From Pseudomonadota bacterium (GTDB lineage Bacteria > Pseudomonadota > Gammaproteobacteria > JAKAQQ01): DNA of 32,688 nucleotides. Positions 1 to 9,886 of this stretch are shown here, piece after piece (positions within the stretch are counted from its first letter, which is position 1; every line of letters starts with the position of its first letter). Location of the stretch: contig DAHVLZ010000023.1 of the NCBI GenBank assembly GCA_027320085.1, positions 1-32,688 on the forward strand, written 5' to 3'. The notes below the pieces were generated by a model. The model made no database searches, was not told the origin of the DNA, and worked only from the letters and a program-made list of their open reading frames with translations. A program made the position numbers and the translations under genes.

Positions 1-48
1 GCGGTGGACGGTCGTGCCTTGAACGCGATCAACCGCAAGACCGGCTGA
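1..48 (+). CDS. possible 3' end of a gene entering from the left edge (AVDGRALNAINRKTG*)
   Basis: Frame 1 is open from base 1 to TGA at 46-48 with GC-rich third positions and converges on the permease stop at 139; too short to identify. Confidence 0.3.
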   Translation, partial: AVDGRALNAINRKTG

Positions 49-138
49 AGAGATCCGGAACCCCCCATCCCTCCCGCGCGGTCCGGGCGCGGGCCTCTTT
101 GCGTGTTTGCCCCAGGGATCGCGCTTGGTCGCTTGCGC

Positions 139-2580
139 TCACGATCGCAGGATTTGCAGAAGGGAGGCCCGTCGCAGCCGCAACGCCGGAATCGCGCAGG
201 CCGAAAGGACGGCCAATCCGACCGCGAGAGTCGGGAGGACGTAACCCGCAGGCTGGGAGGTCTTGAGGCCGTAGACACGCGCTGTGAGGAGTTGGAGTGC
301 CCACCAGGCGGTGGCGATGCCCAAGGCGGAAGCGGCTGCCCAGAGCCAGATCCCGAGGCGAAGGACCCTCAAGGTGATGTTATCGGGGGTGGCGCCTAGC
401 GCTTCGCGGAGGGCCAGCTCCCGTTCCTTGAGGCCCACGAGATAGGCAATCACGCCAAAAGTGCCGATGGTTGCCAGGGTGAGGGCCAGAAGGCCGAAGG
501 CGCCAATCAGGGTGGCCAGGGCTGATGTGCCCTCGAGGGAGTGGTGGATCAGGCTACGGTAGGTCGAGAAACGGGCGAGCACCAGGTTGGGGAGTTCATG
601 GTGAAACGCCGTTTCGAGTTCCCGATGGAGGAGAGAGGGAGGAGGGTTGGAGTGGAGGAGCACATCCAGGGGATCCGTGCCAACGGGAAACACCCCTTTT
701 TCGTCGGGGAAAAAAACAGTTCCGCCCTGAGTCCGATAAGCCCGGACGAAGCGGTCGTGGATGCTTCCCACGACACCCACGATACGCAAACCGGTGTTCA
801 GCCCGGAGATGATTTTTCCGAGAACATGGGTGGTGCCAAAAAGTCCCTTGGCGAAACGCCGATCCACCACGACCACCGGCGCATTTTCCATGATATCGGG
901 TTCGCCAATCAGGCGTCCGGAAAGGAGATGAACCCCCAGGAGCCGGAGCGTCCCGGGACCGACGACGACATTGGACGCGAAAACCTTGCGTACCGCTGAG
1001 CGGAAATCAGTGCCACGCACGAAAACCGATACATTGTCTCCCAGAAAGGGCAAACTGCCCGCGATCCCGTACCCTGGATGGTCGGGAAGACGTTTCAGCA
1101 CCCCGGCCAGTTCGCTCTCGACCACCTGGAAATGGCTCCAGTGCGTGTGGTCCGAATGGGACAGGAGGATCTGGGCCACCACAAGGTGATGGGTTTTGAA
1201 GCCGGGGTTTTTGTCGAGCATGCCTGTGAGTGTTCTCCCCACCAGAAAAGTCGTGATGAGGAGCAAGACGGCAAGCCCGATCTGGACGATGCTCAAGCCC
1301 ACCCGGAGTCGGTCGATGCCCACCGATTCCAGAACCCGGCTGCCGCCGGCCCATAGAGAACGGAGGTTTTTCCGGAGGAAGAGAAGCCGGGGCAATCCGA
1401 GAATCAAAAAAGAGGTCAGGAACGCGAGGAGCCAGAGAACCCACCAGCTCCAGGCGGGTGATCCAGCCTTGAAGGCCGTGTGGCCGGAGCCAATGCCGAA
1501 TGAGACGAATGCCTGCTCACCCAGATGCGCGAGCGGCCAGGCGATGAGGGTGGACAGGCTGGCCAGAAGCACGGCCTCCCCGAGAAGGGTCGGGAACGCA
1601 TCACGGAACCGTGCGCCCAAGGCACTCCGGAGAGCCTGCTCGTGAAAATGGCCGAGTTGGCGGACGAGCGCCAGGTTGGTCAGGCTGGAGAAGGCAAGCA
1701 AAAGAAGCAGACCCGCTCCAAGCTGGATGATGAGCAGCCGCTTGCCGGTCGATCCGACGAGCCAACGCCGGAGTGTGGAAAAACCGGCATACGCGTGGGC
1801 ATGCTGGACGAATGCTTGTAGAGCGGGGGGAGCCTTCTGCACGAGACGCCGAAAACCGGAGTTGAGTGCATCGTGGAGGACACCCGGTGTGACCCCGGGC
1901 GCTAGGCGTGCGATCATCATGGAATCCACGTCACTGAAAGGGTTCTTCTGGTTTTCATTCCGGAGGAGGGTGGAAATCCAGAGCTGGGTCCGCCTTGTGG
2001 GGAAGGAGAAGGTCTGGGGCATGACGCCCACGATCACGAAGGACTGGTCGTGGATGATCAGGGTCTTCCCCAGTACATCCGGGTTCCCTCGAAAAGCGTT
2101 TTGCCAGAGGGTCTTGCTCAAGACCGCTTCGCGGGGACCGTCCGCCTTACCGGATGCCAGAGCCGGCCAGCGACCGATGAGGGGAGGAATCCCGAGTGTC
2201 GGGAAGAGGGAAGCCGTCACGTAGCCAGCGGGGAAAAGACGCGGAGGACTGCCCGGACGAAGACGGACCCGTGCGGTCCTGCCGCTCCGGATCAAGCCAG
2301 AGGCCGAGAAGACCTTGAGCTGGCTCAGTTCGTGATAGGCACGCGAAGAAATGGCTCGCATGTGGAATGCCCGGGCACTGGTAAAGATGTCGACCAGCCT
2401 CGGGCTTGCGGGATAGGGCAGTGGGCGGAGGAGATAGGCGTCGAGCACCGAGAAAACCGCCATGTTGGCGGCGAGACCGAGGGCCAGGGTGGCCACGAAG
2501 GCGATCAGGAAACGCCGTTCCCGGGCGAGGCGCCGAGTGGCTTGCAGGGATTGTGCAACGGCATCGGCGAAGGGAGTCAT
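139..2580 (-). CDS. ABC transporter permease, duplicated MacB_PCD/FtsX (ADOP-like), paralog 3
   Basis: N-terminal 'TLALGLAANMAVFSVLDAYLLRPLPYP', 'IVGVMP', two FtsX-type motifs 'EQALRSALGA' and 'RELALREALGA'. Start trimmed from 2874 to ATG 2580 because the upstream 98 codons overlap the previous permease and lack family features. Confidence 0.9.
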   Translation of the reverse strand: MTPFADAVAQSLQATRRLARERRFLIAFVATLALGLAANMAVFSVLDAYLLRPLPYPASPRLVDIFTSARAFHMRAISSRAYHELSQLKVFSASGLIRSGRTARVRLRPGSPPRLFPAGYVTASLFPTLGIPPLIGRWPALASGKADGPREAVLSKTLWQNAFRGNPDVLGKTLIIHDQSFVIVGVMPQTFSFPTRRTQLWISTLLRNENQKNPFSDVDSMMIARLAPGVTPGVLHDALNSGFRRLVQKAPPALQAFVQHAHAYAGFSTLRRWLVGSTGKRLLIIQLGAGLLLLLAFSSLTNLALVRQLGHFHEQALRSALGARFRDAFPTLLGEAVLLASLSTLIAWPLAHLGEQAFVSFGIGSGHTAFKAGSPAWSWWVLWLLAFLTSFLILGLPRLLFLRKNLRSLWAGGSRVLESVGIDRLRVGLSIVQIGLAVLLLITTFLVGRTLTGMLDKNPGFKTHHLVVAQILLSHSDHTHWSHFQVVESELAGVLKRLPDHPGYGIAGSLPFLGDNVSVFVRGTDFRSAVRKVFASNVVVGPGTLRLLGVHLLSGRLIGEPDIMENAPVVVVDRRFAKGLFGTTHVLGKIISGLNTGLRIVGVVGSIHDRFVRAYRTQGGTVFFPDEKGVFPVGTDPLDVLLHSNPPPSLLHRELETAFHHELPNLVLARFSTYRSLIHHSLEGTSALATLIGAFGLLALTLATIGTFGVIAYLVGLKERELALREALGATPDNITLRVLRLGIWLWAAASALGIATAWWALQLLTARVYGLKTSQPAGYVLPTLAVGLAVLSACAIPALRLRRASLLQILRS

Positions 2581-2647
2581 GGGATCGGTCACCGGATCAG
2601 GAGAAGTCCAGGTTGGGAGAAGTGGGTTGAGGCATGCTTTCCAAGCG

Positions 2648-5116
2648 TTACTCCGCATGGAGAAGGAGGCTCGGCTCCACCCGGCCGACCCGGCGGGTCG
2701 GTACCCAGGTGGCCAAGAGCAGGACCAGGGCGAAAACCACGAGCAGGATCGCCATGCTGGCGCCGTCATCCGGCGCGACCCCGTAGAGGAGAGCGGAGAA
2801 GAGATGGCCCACGAGGAGCATGCCAACCAATCCGGGCACCAGGCCCATGAGGAAGAGCCGGATGGATTCTCCAAGCACGAGACGGATCAAGGCGGGACGG
2901 TCCGCACCGAGTGCGGCCCGGATGCCGAACTCGCGGAGCCTCCGGCTCACCAGGTAGCTTTGAACCCCGTAGAGACCGACCGCTGTCAATAGAAGTGATC
3001 CGAAGGCGAACAGGCTCACAAGTCCGAGGAGGGTTTGCCGGGTCCGGAGCCGGCGGTCGAGGCGGCTTTTGAGGGTGCGAAAATGGTAGAAGGGTAGGCT
3101 GGGGAGGATCCGGTGAAGGGTTTGGCCGAGATCCCGCCTCACGGTGGCGGGTGGGAGAGAAGACCGGATCGCGAAGACCCAGCGGGAAAATTGGTACCAG
3201 CCGGAATGGCCGGCGAGCCGAAAAGCTTGCGGGGCATCGAGGTAGACGTTTCCGGTTTCCGGTTGCCGGCCCAGATGCTTGTTGCGGACGGTGGGGACCA
3301 GGCCCACGACCCGGAAACGCAGGGCGGGGTTGTGATTGTTCGGGGTGTTCAGCGTGAAGATCCGTCCGATCGGATCCCGGGCCCCGTAGAGTTGGCGAGC
3401 GGCGAGCCGGTCGATCACGGCCACCCCCGATTTCGAATCGGTGTCCAGGGGACTGAAGAGACGTCCCCGGAGTGGATCCAGCCCCAGGATTTTGAGGAAA
3501 CGGGTGTCGGTCACCCGGATGTAGGCTCCGAGCATCGGGTCATGCGAGTTCCAGGGTTCCGGGAAGAGGGCGTTGACATCGGATCCGCCCAGTCCGAAAG
3601 GCAGTCCGCTCGAGACCCCGGCATCCGCGACTCCCGGGATCTCCTGGACGGCTCTCCTCAGGCGCTCGAGGGTGATCCAGGGATTGGACGGAGTCGAACC
3701 CTTCGCGGCGAGATCAATGTCGAAGGCCATGATGTGCTGGATCCTGAATCCCGGCTTGACGGAGGCCAGGTTGAAGAGGGTGTGGGCCAGAAGCAGGGAT
3801 ACCCCGGCCAGGGTGGTGGCGAGTGCGATCTGGACCGCGACCAGGCCCCGGCGGGCCCGTGCCGCACCCGGGGATCCCCCGCTCCGGGATCCGGCGTCAC
3901 GGAGGCTGAGGCCGGGATCTCTCCTGATTGCGAGAGCCAGGGGTACCAAGGTCATCACCAGGATCGAGCCACAGCAGACGGCCAGGAGCAGGATGAACAA
4001 AACCGGGGCACCCCGGTTGAGGCTCGTCACTTGGGGGAGCACCCGGAGCGACTGGATCCAGCCGAGGAGCCCCTGGGCCAGAAGCCAGCCGGTCAGGGTG
4101 GCCAAGAGGGAGATGGCGGCAGCCTCGAGCGCGTGACGGAGCAGGAAATCCCGGGGGCCAGCCCCGAGGACACTGCGCAGCAGAAGCTCTCCGCGCTGGG
4201 TGATCCCCCGGGCGATGAAGAGATTTCCGAGATTGAACCAGACGAGCAGGAGGAGCAGGAGGGAGGAGATCTCGACGAGTGTGAGCATGACCTCCAGATG
4301 GCCGGTGCGGGAGGCGCGCCAGCCTTCCGCCCGGGCCGAGAAATGACGGAAAAACTGCCGGGCCGGGGGCGGAAAGCGGTGGATGAGACCGGTGGTGAGC
4401 GTACGGATTTCGGTGTCGAGCGTGTCCAGGGATTGGTCCGGGGCCAGCCGCCCGATCATGTGACCCCGGAATGCCGTCAACTGGAAATAATGGTAGTTGT
4501 AGGCAATGAGGGGATAGGGTTTCCAGAAATCGACCCCGCGGACCGGAAACCGGAAACCCCGCGGCATGATCCCGATCACCGTGTAGACGTTCTGGTTGAG
4601 TTCGAGGCTTTGTCCGATCACGTCCGGCCGACCCCCGAAATCATCCCGCCAGAAGCGGTTGCCCAGAACGACGACTTTGGGCTCGCCGCTCTCATCGGCC
4701 CGGTCCCCGAAAACCCGTCCGAGGAGCGGTTTCACCCCGAGTGTCGGAAACAGGGATCCTGTGGTTTCGACTCCGGTGACCCGGATCGCCCGTCCCCCGA
4801 GATCGAGGTTGTAGCCCTTCCGGAGGTAGAAGGCGGATGTGGCCAGGGCCGGTGCCCCGCGCCGGAAGCGGCGGTAGGCCACCTGCGACATGGGATGGGA
4901 CAATCCGGTGTTGCCGGGCATCGTGAGCGAGAGGTTGACCAGCCGGCTGCCCTGGAGGTAAGGAAGGGGTTCTAGGAAGCTGGCATAAAAGATCCACGAG
5001 GCAGCCAGGATCACGCCCATGCCGAGGGCGAGTGTCAGGGTCGCGGTCAGGGTGAAGGGCCACTCCCGGACGAGGCGGGTCAGGGTCTCTCGGCTTTCGT
5101 GGGCGACAGGCTTCAT
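2648..5116 (-). CDS. ABC transporter permease, duplicated MacB_PCD/FtsX (ADOP-like), paralog 2
   Basis: 'TLALGMG...LEPLPY', 'LGVKPLLGRVF', 'VIGIMPRGFRFP', 'GELLLRSVLGA', 'GLYGVQSYLVSRRLREFGIRAALGA'; 822 aa. Confidence 0.92.
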   Translation of the reverse strand: MKPVAHESRETLTRLVREWPFTLTATLTLALGMGVILAASWIFYASFLEPLPYLQGSRLVNLSLTMPGNTGLSHPMSQVAYRRFRRGAPALATSAFYLRKGYNLDLGGRAIRVTGVETTGSLFPTLGVKPLLGRVFGDRADESGEPKVVVLGNRFWRDDFGGRPDVIGQSLELNQNVYTVIGIMPRGFRFPVRGVDFWKPYPLIAYNYHYFQLTAFRGHMIGRLAPDQSLDTLDTEIRTLTTGLIHRFPPPARQFFRHFSARAEGWRASRTGHLEVMLTLVEISSLLLLLLVWFNLGNLFIARGITQRGELLLRSVLGAGPRDFLLRHALEAAAISLLATLTGWLLAQGLLGWIQSLRVLPQVTSLNRGAPVLFILLLAVCCGSILVMTLVPLALAIRRDPGLSLRDAGSRSGGSPGAARARRGLVAVQIALATTLAGVSLLLAHTLFNLASVKPGFRIQHIMAFDIDLAAKGSTPSNPWITLERLRRAVQEIPGVADAGVSSGLPFGLGGSDVNALFPEPWNSHDPMLGAYIRVTDTRFLKILGLDPLRGRLFSPLDTDSKSGVAVIDRLAARQLYGARDPIGRIFTLNTPNNHNPALRFRVVGLVPTVRNKHLGRQPETGNVYLDAPQAFRLAGHSGWYQFSRWVFAIRSSLPPATVRRDLGQTLHRILPSLPFYHFRTLKSRLDRRLRTRQTLLGLVSLFAFGSLLLTAVGLYGVQSYLVSRRLREFGIRAALGADRPALIRLVLGESIRLFLMGLVPGLVGMLLVGHLFSALLYGVAPDDGASMAILLVVFALVLLLATWVPTRRVGRVEPSLLLHAE

Positions 5117-5146
5117 GACAGGACCCTCATGCCAGGGGAGCGGATT

Positions 5147-7600
5147 TCAAGCTGTCCCGGGACGGAGTTCACCCACGAGCCCGGCCCGGAAGCTGTGCCG
5201 GACCGGGATCCAGGAGGCCGCGAGGGTTGTCGAGAGGATGATGAGTATGCCGACCAGGTCGGCCGGGCCGTTGACCTCTCCCACCGCGTAGAGAGCCCCT
5301 GCCAGGAGATGGGCCAGGAGAAGGGACAGGGTGAGACCGATTGCGAGACCCGCGCCCAGCATCCAGGCCGCCTCGCTCATGACCAGGCGGCTGATCGAGG
5401 CGGGAGTGGCGCCCAGGGCCGAACGGATCGCGTACTCCTGGCGGCGATTGAGGCTGTTCTGGGCCGTGAGTGCGTAGATACCGAAGACCGTGAGGAAGAG
5501 TGCCACGAGCCCGAAGGCTCCGGTGATCTCGGCCAGACTCTCGAAAAGCCGGTCGGAAGCGTGAACCATGGCGGTGAGGGAGACGAGATGGCTGATCGCG
5601 GTACCGGGGATCGCTCGTTCGAGTGCGCCTCGGATCCGTTGTTCGAGCTCTGGTGTCACCGCGCGGACATGCAGGATCACATTGCTCGCGTTGCTGGAGT
5701 AGTTTTTCGTCCCCAGGGGGAAATAGATGGTGCCGGCGATGTGCTTCTCCGGCATGGCCTGCCAGGCCACGGAAGAGACCACTCCCACGATCGGGACCGG
5801 GTGTTTCTGACCGATGGTCCGTCCCACGACCCGGGTGTGGTGGAAAAAGCGCCGGGCGAGCTTGGCGCTCAGGATGAAAGCCGGGGCCCCCTGCCGTTCT
5901 TCCGCGATCGAGAAACTCCGGCCGGCCAGAAGCGGGATGCCGAGCGTCTGGAAATACTTCCCTGAGACCGGAACCCAGTGCACATAGAGGGATTCGTGGG
6001 GGGCGCTGGGTGTCCGGATCACGCTGTGTGAGCTCATCAGGACGTTGAAGGGAACCATCATGCCGATGGCAGCCGACCGGACGCCGGGCACGGTCTCAAG
6101 TGCCGTGGCGGCCTCCTTCCAGAAGCGGACGAGACTGAGCTTCTGGGGCCAGATGACCAGGGCTTCCAGCCGGTTTCCCGGGTGGAAGTGGAGGGGGCGA
6201 CTGAGAATCCCCAAAAGGCTTTGGGTGAGGAGCAGGCCGATCATGAGAAGAAAGGTCGCCATGACGATCTGGAGGCTCCCGAATCCCCGCCGCAGCAGGC
6301 GGGCGCCACCGGCGGTTCCATGTGCCCCCGCCTCGTGGATGAGCGGAGCGAGGAGCGATTCGCGCCCGGCATAGACCAGGGCCGCCATGAAAATGCCGCT
6401 CACGAGGAGGAGGGTCCCTGCGGCCGTGGCGAGTGCCGCGCTTCCTCCGAACCGGATCTCAAAGGGGAGGTGGACGACGACCGGACCGGTCAGGGCCGAG
6501 CGGATAAGTCCCTGGAACAGGTCGGTGAGCAGGACTCCGGTGATCATCGCGCCCATGGCAACCAGGAACAGGGTGAGAAGGTATTCTCCGAGCAGCAGAC
6601 GGAAGAGGTCTGGCGTCGATGCGCCCAGTGCGCGGCGGATCGCGAGATCGGTGGCGCGGTGGCGAGCCCGGACCAGTTCCAGGTTGACCGAGTTTGCGGT
6701 TGCGATCACGATCAGGACGAGCGCGATGAGCGCCAGGATCAGGAGGAACTCCGGGTGTCCGCCCAGATAGAGCCTGACCAGGTGGCGATGCAGGCCGATC
6801 GCGTCGATCGTGAATCCATCCCCGATTGCGTGTTGACGGGCTTGGGGCGACATGTGGGCAAGCAGGCGGTTGCGATAGGCGGTGAGCGTCGCATCCAGTT
6901 GGGTGAGCGTCTCGTCTTTGACGAGACGGACAATCATCGTGTGATTGATGTTCTGGTCGTGTAGCTGGGTGGGAGTCAGTTTCCGCGAGAGCCAGAAGTC
7001 CGCCCCGGTATAGAGCGTGTAGAAGGTCTTGGGCATGACGCCCACGATCCGATACCGGGTGCCGGTAAACCTGAAGGTCTGGCCGAGCACGTGGGGTGAG
7101 CCGCCGAACGCGCTTTTCCAGAATCCATAGCCGAGCACGGCCTCGTTGGGTCCACCGGGCCGGCCGGAGGCGGGGGAGAGCCAGTGCCCGAGCTTCGGAG
7201 GCACGCTGAGTGCCCGGAAGAGGGAGGGGGTCATGAGTCCGCCGTAGACCATATGCTTGATGCCGCGGACTGTCGCGAGTCCGCCCGTGATGTCGATCAA
7301 TCCCGCTGCACGAATGTCCGGGTTGCCCGCCACGATTTCATGGTAGGCCTGATAAGACACATCGTTGCCCAAAAGCCCGGTCTTGAGCAGGCGTTCACGG
7401 ATCATGACGAGCCCTTGGGGATGCGGGTAGGGCAGGGGACGCCAGAGGAAGCCGTCCAGCACGGTGAATGCCGCGCCGGCCGATCCCAGGGCGAGTGCCA
7501 GCATCAGGATGGTCGCTGGTGAAAGACGGTGGAAAAAGCCGCCCAGCCGATGGGCGGAGGGGCGGGGCGGGGCGTTCGGCGTGAGGGTGGTTTTTTGCAT
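5147..7600 (-). CDS. ABC transporter permease, duplicated MacB_PCD/FtsX (ADOP-like), paralog 1
   Basis: 'LALALGSAGAAFTVLDGFLWRPLPYP', 'IVGVMP', 'DLAIRRALGA', 'RRQEYAIRSALGA'. Start set at ATG 7600, which follows a GAGGAG RBS just after the ATPase stop. Confidence 0.9.
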   Translation of the reverse strand: MQKTTLTPNAPPRPSAHRLGGFFHRLSPATILMLALALGSAGAAFTVLDGFLWRPLPYPHPQGLVMIRERLLKTGLLGNDVSYQAYHEIVAGNPDIRAAGLIDITGGLATVRGIKHMVYGGLMTPSLFRALSVPPKLGHWLSPASGRPGGPNEAVLGYGFWKSAFGGSPHVLGQTFRFTGTRYRIVGVMPKTFYTLYTGADFWLSRKLTPTQLHDQNINHTMIVRLVKDETLTQLDATLTAYRNRLLAHMSPQARQHAIGDGFTIDAIGLHRHLVRLYLGGHPEFLLILALIALVLIVIATANSVNLELVRARHRATDLAIRRALGASTPDLFRLLLGEYLLTLFLVAMGAMITGVLLTDLFQGLIRSALTGPVVVHLPFEIRFGGSAALATAAGTLLLVSGIFMAALVYAGRESLLAPLIHEAGAHGTAGGARLLRRGFGSLQIVMATFLLMIGLLLTQSLLGILSRPLHFHPGNRLEALVIWPQKLSLVRFWKEAATALETVPGVRSAAIGMMVPFNVLMSSHSVIRTPSAPHESLYVHWVPVSGKYFQTLGIPLLAGRSFSIAEERQGAPAFILSAKLARRFFHHTRVVGRTIGQKHPVPIVGVVSSVAWQAMPEKHIAGTIYFPLGTKNYSSNASNVILHVRAVTPELEQRIRGALERAIPGTAISHLVSLTAMVHASDRLFESLAEITGAFGLVALFLTVFGIYALTAQNSLNRRQEYAIRSALGATPASISRLVMSEAAWMLGAGLAIGLTLSLLLAHLLAGALYAVGEVNGPADLVGILIILSTTLAASWIPVRHSFRAGLVGELRPGTA

Positions 7601-7622
7601 CAGGCGCTCCTCGAGGAAGGGG

Positions 7623-8357
7623 TTAGCGCGTGGTGGCGAGTCCGCCTTCAAAGGCTGCTTCATCCGCGTCGGCGTCATCGACGATCTGTCCATCGATCAG
7701 GCGGATCAGGCGGCGGGCGAAACGGGCATAGTGCGGATCGTGGGTCACCATGAAAATGGTGGCCCCCCGTTCGTGTAGCGCGGCCAGAAGTTCCATGACC
7801 GCCTCTCCGCTCTTGGAGTCGAGATTACCCGTCGGTTCGTCGGCGAGAAGGATCGAGGGTTCACCGACGAGTGCCCGGGCAATGGCCACCCGTTGCTGCT
7901 GACCGCCCGAGAGCTGACCGGGGTAATGGCGGAGCCGGTGACTCATGCCCATCTCGTCGAGGACTGCCCGGACCCGCTCCCGCCGGGTGCCCCGCGGGAT
8001 ACTGCCCCGGTAGATCAGGGGTAGCTCGACGTTTTCCTCGACCGTGAGATCGCCGATCAGGTTGAAGGCCTGGAAGACAAAGCCGATGTGGCGGTTCCGC
8101 ATCCGGGCCCGTTCGCTGGCGTTCAGGGTCCCGACGGGGGTTCCCGAGATCCGGTATTCGCCTCCGCTCGGGGTTTCGAGAAGTCCCAGGATCGAGAGCA
8201 GTGTGGTTTTGCCGCATCCCGAGGGTCCCATGGCGGCAATGTACTCGCCGGACTGGATGCTGAGCTCGATGCCCGTGAGTGCATGGGTCTCGACCTCCTC
8301 CGTCCGGTAGACTTTGGTGAGGCCACGGACGTCGATGACGGGAGTGGTTTCGTTCAT
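7623..8357 (-). CDS. ABC transporter ATP-binding protein (MacB/LolD-type NBD)
   Basis: Walker [10 protein letters not shown]-loop GFVFQAFNL, signature [15 protein letters not shown], Walker [13 protein letters not shown]-loop VTHD; ATGA overlap with the TolC stop. Confidence 0.96.
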   Translation of the reverse strand: MNETTPVIDVRGLTKVYRTEEVETHALTGIELSIQSGEYIAAMGPSGCGKTTLLSILGLLETPSGGEYRISGTPVGTLNASERARMRNRHIGFVFQAFNLIGDLTVEENVELPLIYRGSIPRGTRRERVRAVLDEMGMSHRLRHYPGQLSGGQQQRVAIARALVGEPSILLADEPTGNLDSKSGEAVMELLAALHERGATIFMVTHDPHYARFARRLIRLIDGQIVDDADADEAAFEGGLATTR

Positions 8358-9883
8358 GACTGATCTCCTGGGGAGTGGAACCTGGGCTGGGTGAAGGGAT
8401 GCAGGGGGGTGAGGAGCGCTTTGCTCTCGGGCAGCCGGTCGAAGAGACGGCTCAACCGGCGTAGGGCCTTGGGAGTGAGGAGTCCTGCTGCGGCCTCCAG
8501 GCTGAGCGCATCATCAATCAGCCGGGCACGAACGGCGGGAAGGTTCGTTTCCGCGCTGAGCAGGGAGAGGCGGGCGTTCACGAGATCGAACTCCGAGCGC
8601 AATCCCGCCTGGACACCAGCCTCGGTGGCCACGACCGCGCGCCGGGCAGCCCGGGCGCTTTCCTCGTAGGCCCGCACGCGCGCCAGATCCGCGTGGAATG
8701 CGCTCAGGGCGTCCACGATCGTGGTCTCGGTCTTGAGGAATGCCCGCACGGCCTGGGCACCCGCCAGACGGGCCTCATCATGGGCCCGATCGATACGGGC
8801 CTGGGTTCCTCCGCCCGCGTAGAAATTCCAGTGCAGGTTGAGCAGGAGGAAATTCTGCTGCGCCGTGTTGGCGGCCGGCGAGGGGAAATCCACCTGGCCC
8901 GGTACGGCATAGCCATAGGTGCCGCCGGTCAGTTGTCGGGTGTGACTCAGTTCCAGCCGGAGGGTGGGGAGATATCCGCCCCGTGCGGCGGATACCGAAG
9001 CACGCGCGGAGCGGGCCTTGAGGCGGGCGGCAAGCACCGTGGGGTTCGCCTCCCGGGCTTCGCGGATCCATGCACGGGTGCTGCGGGGAGGAAGCGGGAT
9101 CGCGGGTAGTCTCCCGGTTCTGGACGGGATCTCCGGGGGAAATGACGGACCGGTGAGTTCCGCGAGCGCCGCATCGGCCTTGCGAAGTTCGTGACGGGCC
9201 GTGATCACCCGGGCTTCGGCACTCGCTTTGGCGGATCGGGCCTCTTCGTAACCGATGATCCCACGGAGTCCCGACTGGTGCCGGTCCCGGGCCTGGCGGG
9301 CCTCGAGTGCGAAGGCGGCCTCGGTCGCCCGGGTTGCCGCGAGCTGTGCCTGGGCGACGCCCACGGCCAGATAGCGGCTGACCAGCGTCTGCATGAGCTT
9401 CATGCGTGTTGCGTCATAGGTCGCGGCGGCAGCCGCCACCCGGGCATTGGCCGCGGCGAGTTTCTGGATGGCTTCCCAGTTGAAGATCGGTTGACTGAGC
9501 GTGACCGTCCAGTAGCTCTGGCTGATGTTTTCCGATTGTTCGACGGTCAGGAGATTGTTGCCGTAGAACTGGGGTCCCGCACTCTGGCCGTTCGTATAGG
9601 CCTGGTTCGCATCCAGGCTGAGCCGGGGCAGGAGCCCCGCGAGTGCGGAGGGATGCCGGGTCCGGGTGGCCGCGAGGCGTGAGCGGGCTTCTCTGAACTG
9701 GGGGTTGTAGATCCGGGCGATCTGCCAGGCGGCCCACAAGGAGCCCGGAGGAGTTTGCAGCTTCTCGGTTTGGGCGTGGGCCCCGGGGTTCAGGGCGAGG
9801 GCCAGGAAAAGTGCGGCGCCGAAGGTTGGGGCGGGAGTCCGGCGCCTTTGGGAATGATGGGAGGAGAGACGGGGCTGCTGCAT
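8354..9883 (-). CDS. TolC-family outer membrane efflux channel
   Basis: Signal peptide ending AHA; two OEP repeats ('ALAGLLPRLSL...LSQPIFNW' and 'ARGGYLPTLRL...LHWNFYAGG'); 'GLRSEFDLVNAR'. Confidence 0.9.
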   Translation of the reverse strand: MQQPRLSSHHSQRRRTPAPTFGAALFLALALNPGAHAQTEKLQTPPGSLWAAWQIARIYNPQFREARSRLAATRTRHPSALAGLLPRLSLDANQAYTNGQSAGPQFYGNNLLTVEQSENISQSYWTVTLSQPIFNWEAIQKLAAANARVAAAAATYDATRMKLMQTLVSRYLAVGVAQAQLAATRATEAAFALEARQARDRHQSGLRGIIGYEEARSAKASAEARVITARHELRKADAALAELTGPSFPPEIPSRTGRLPAIPLPPRSTRAWIREAREANPTVLAARLKARSARASVSAARGGYLPTLRLELSHTRQLTGGTYGYAVPGQVDFPSPAANTAQQNFLLLNLHWNFYAGGGTQARIDRAHDEARLAGAQAVRAFLKTETTIVDALSAFHADLARVRAYEESARAARRAVVATEAGVQAGLRSEFDLVNARLSLLSAETNLPAVRARLIDDALSLEAAAGLLTPKALRRLSRLFDRLPESKALLTPLHPFTQPRFHSPGDQS

Positions 9884-9886
9884 GGA

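Noticed and set aside
2581-2874. N-terminal extension of the 911-aa permease ORF
   Set aside because: It overlaps the upstream permease in another frame with Ser/Trp-rich nonsense composition; family similarity starts at ATG 2580.
3113-4975. 620-aa plus-strand ORF (and similar long antisense ORFs at 11261-12730, 23647-24771, 28789-29730)
   Set aside because: They lie wholly antisense to well-supported genes and show no family motifs; these are shadow ORFs expected in GC-rich coding DNA.
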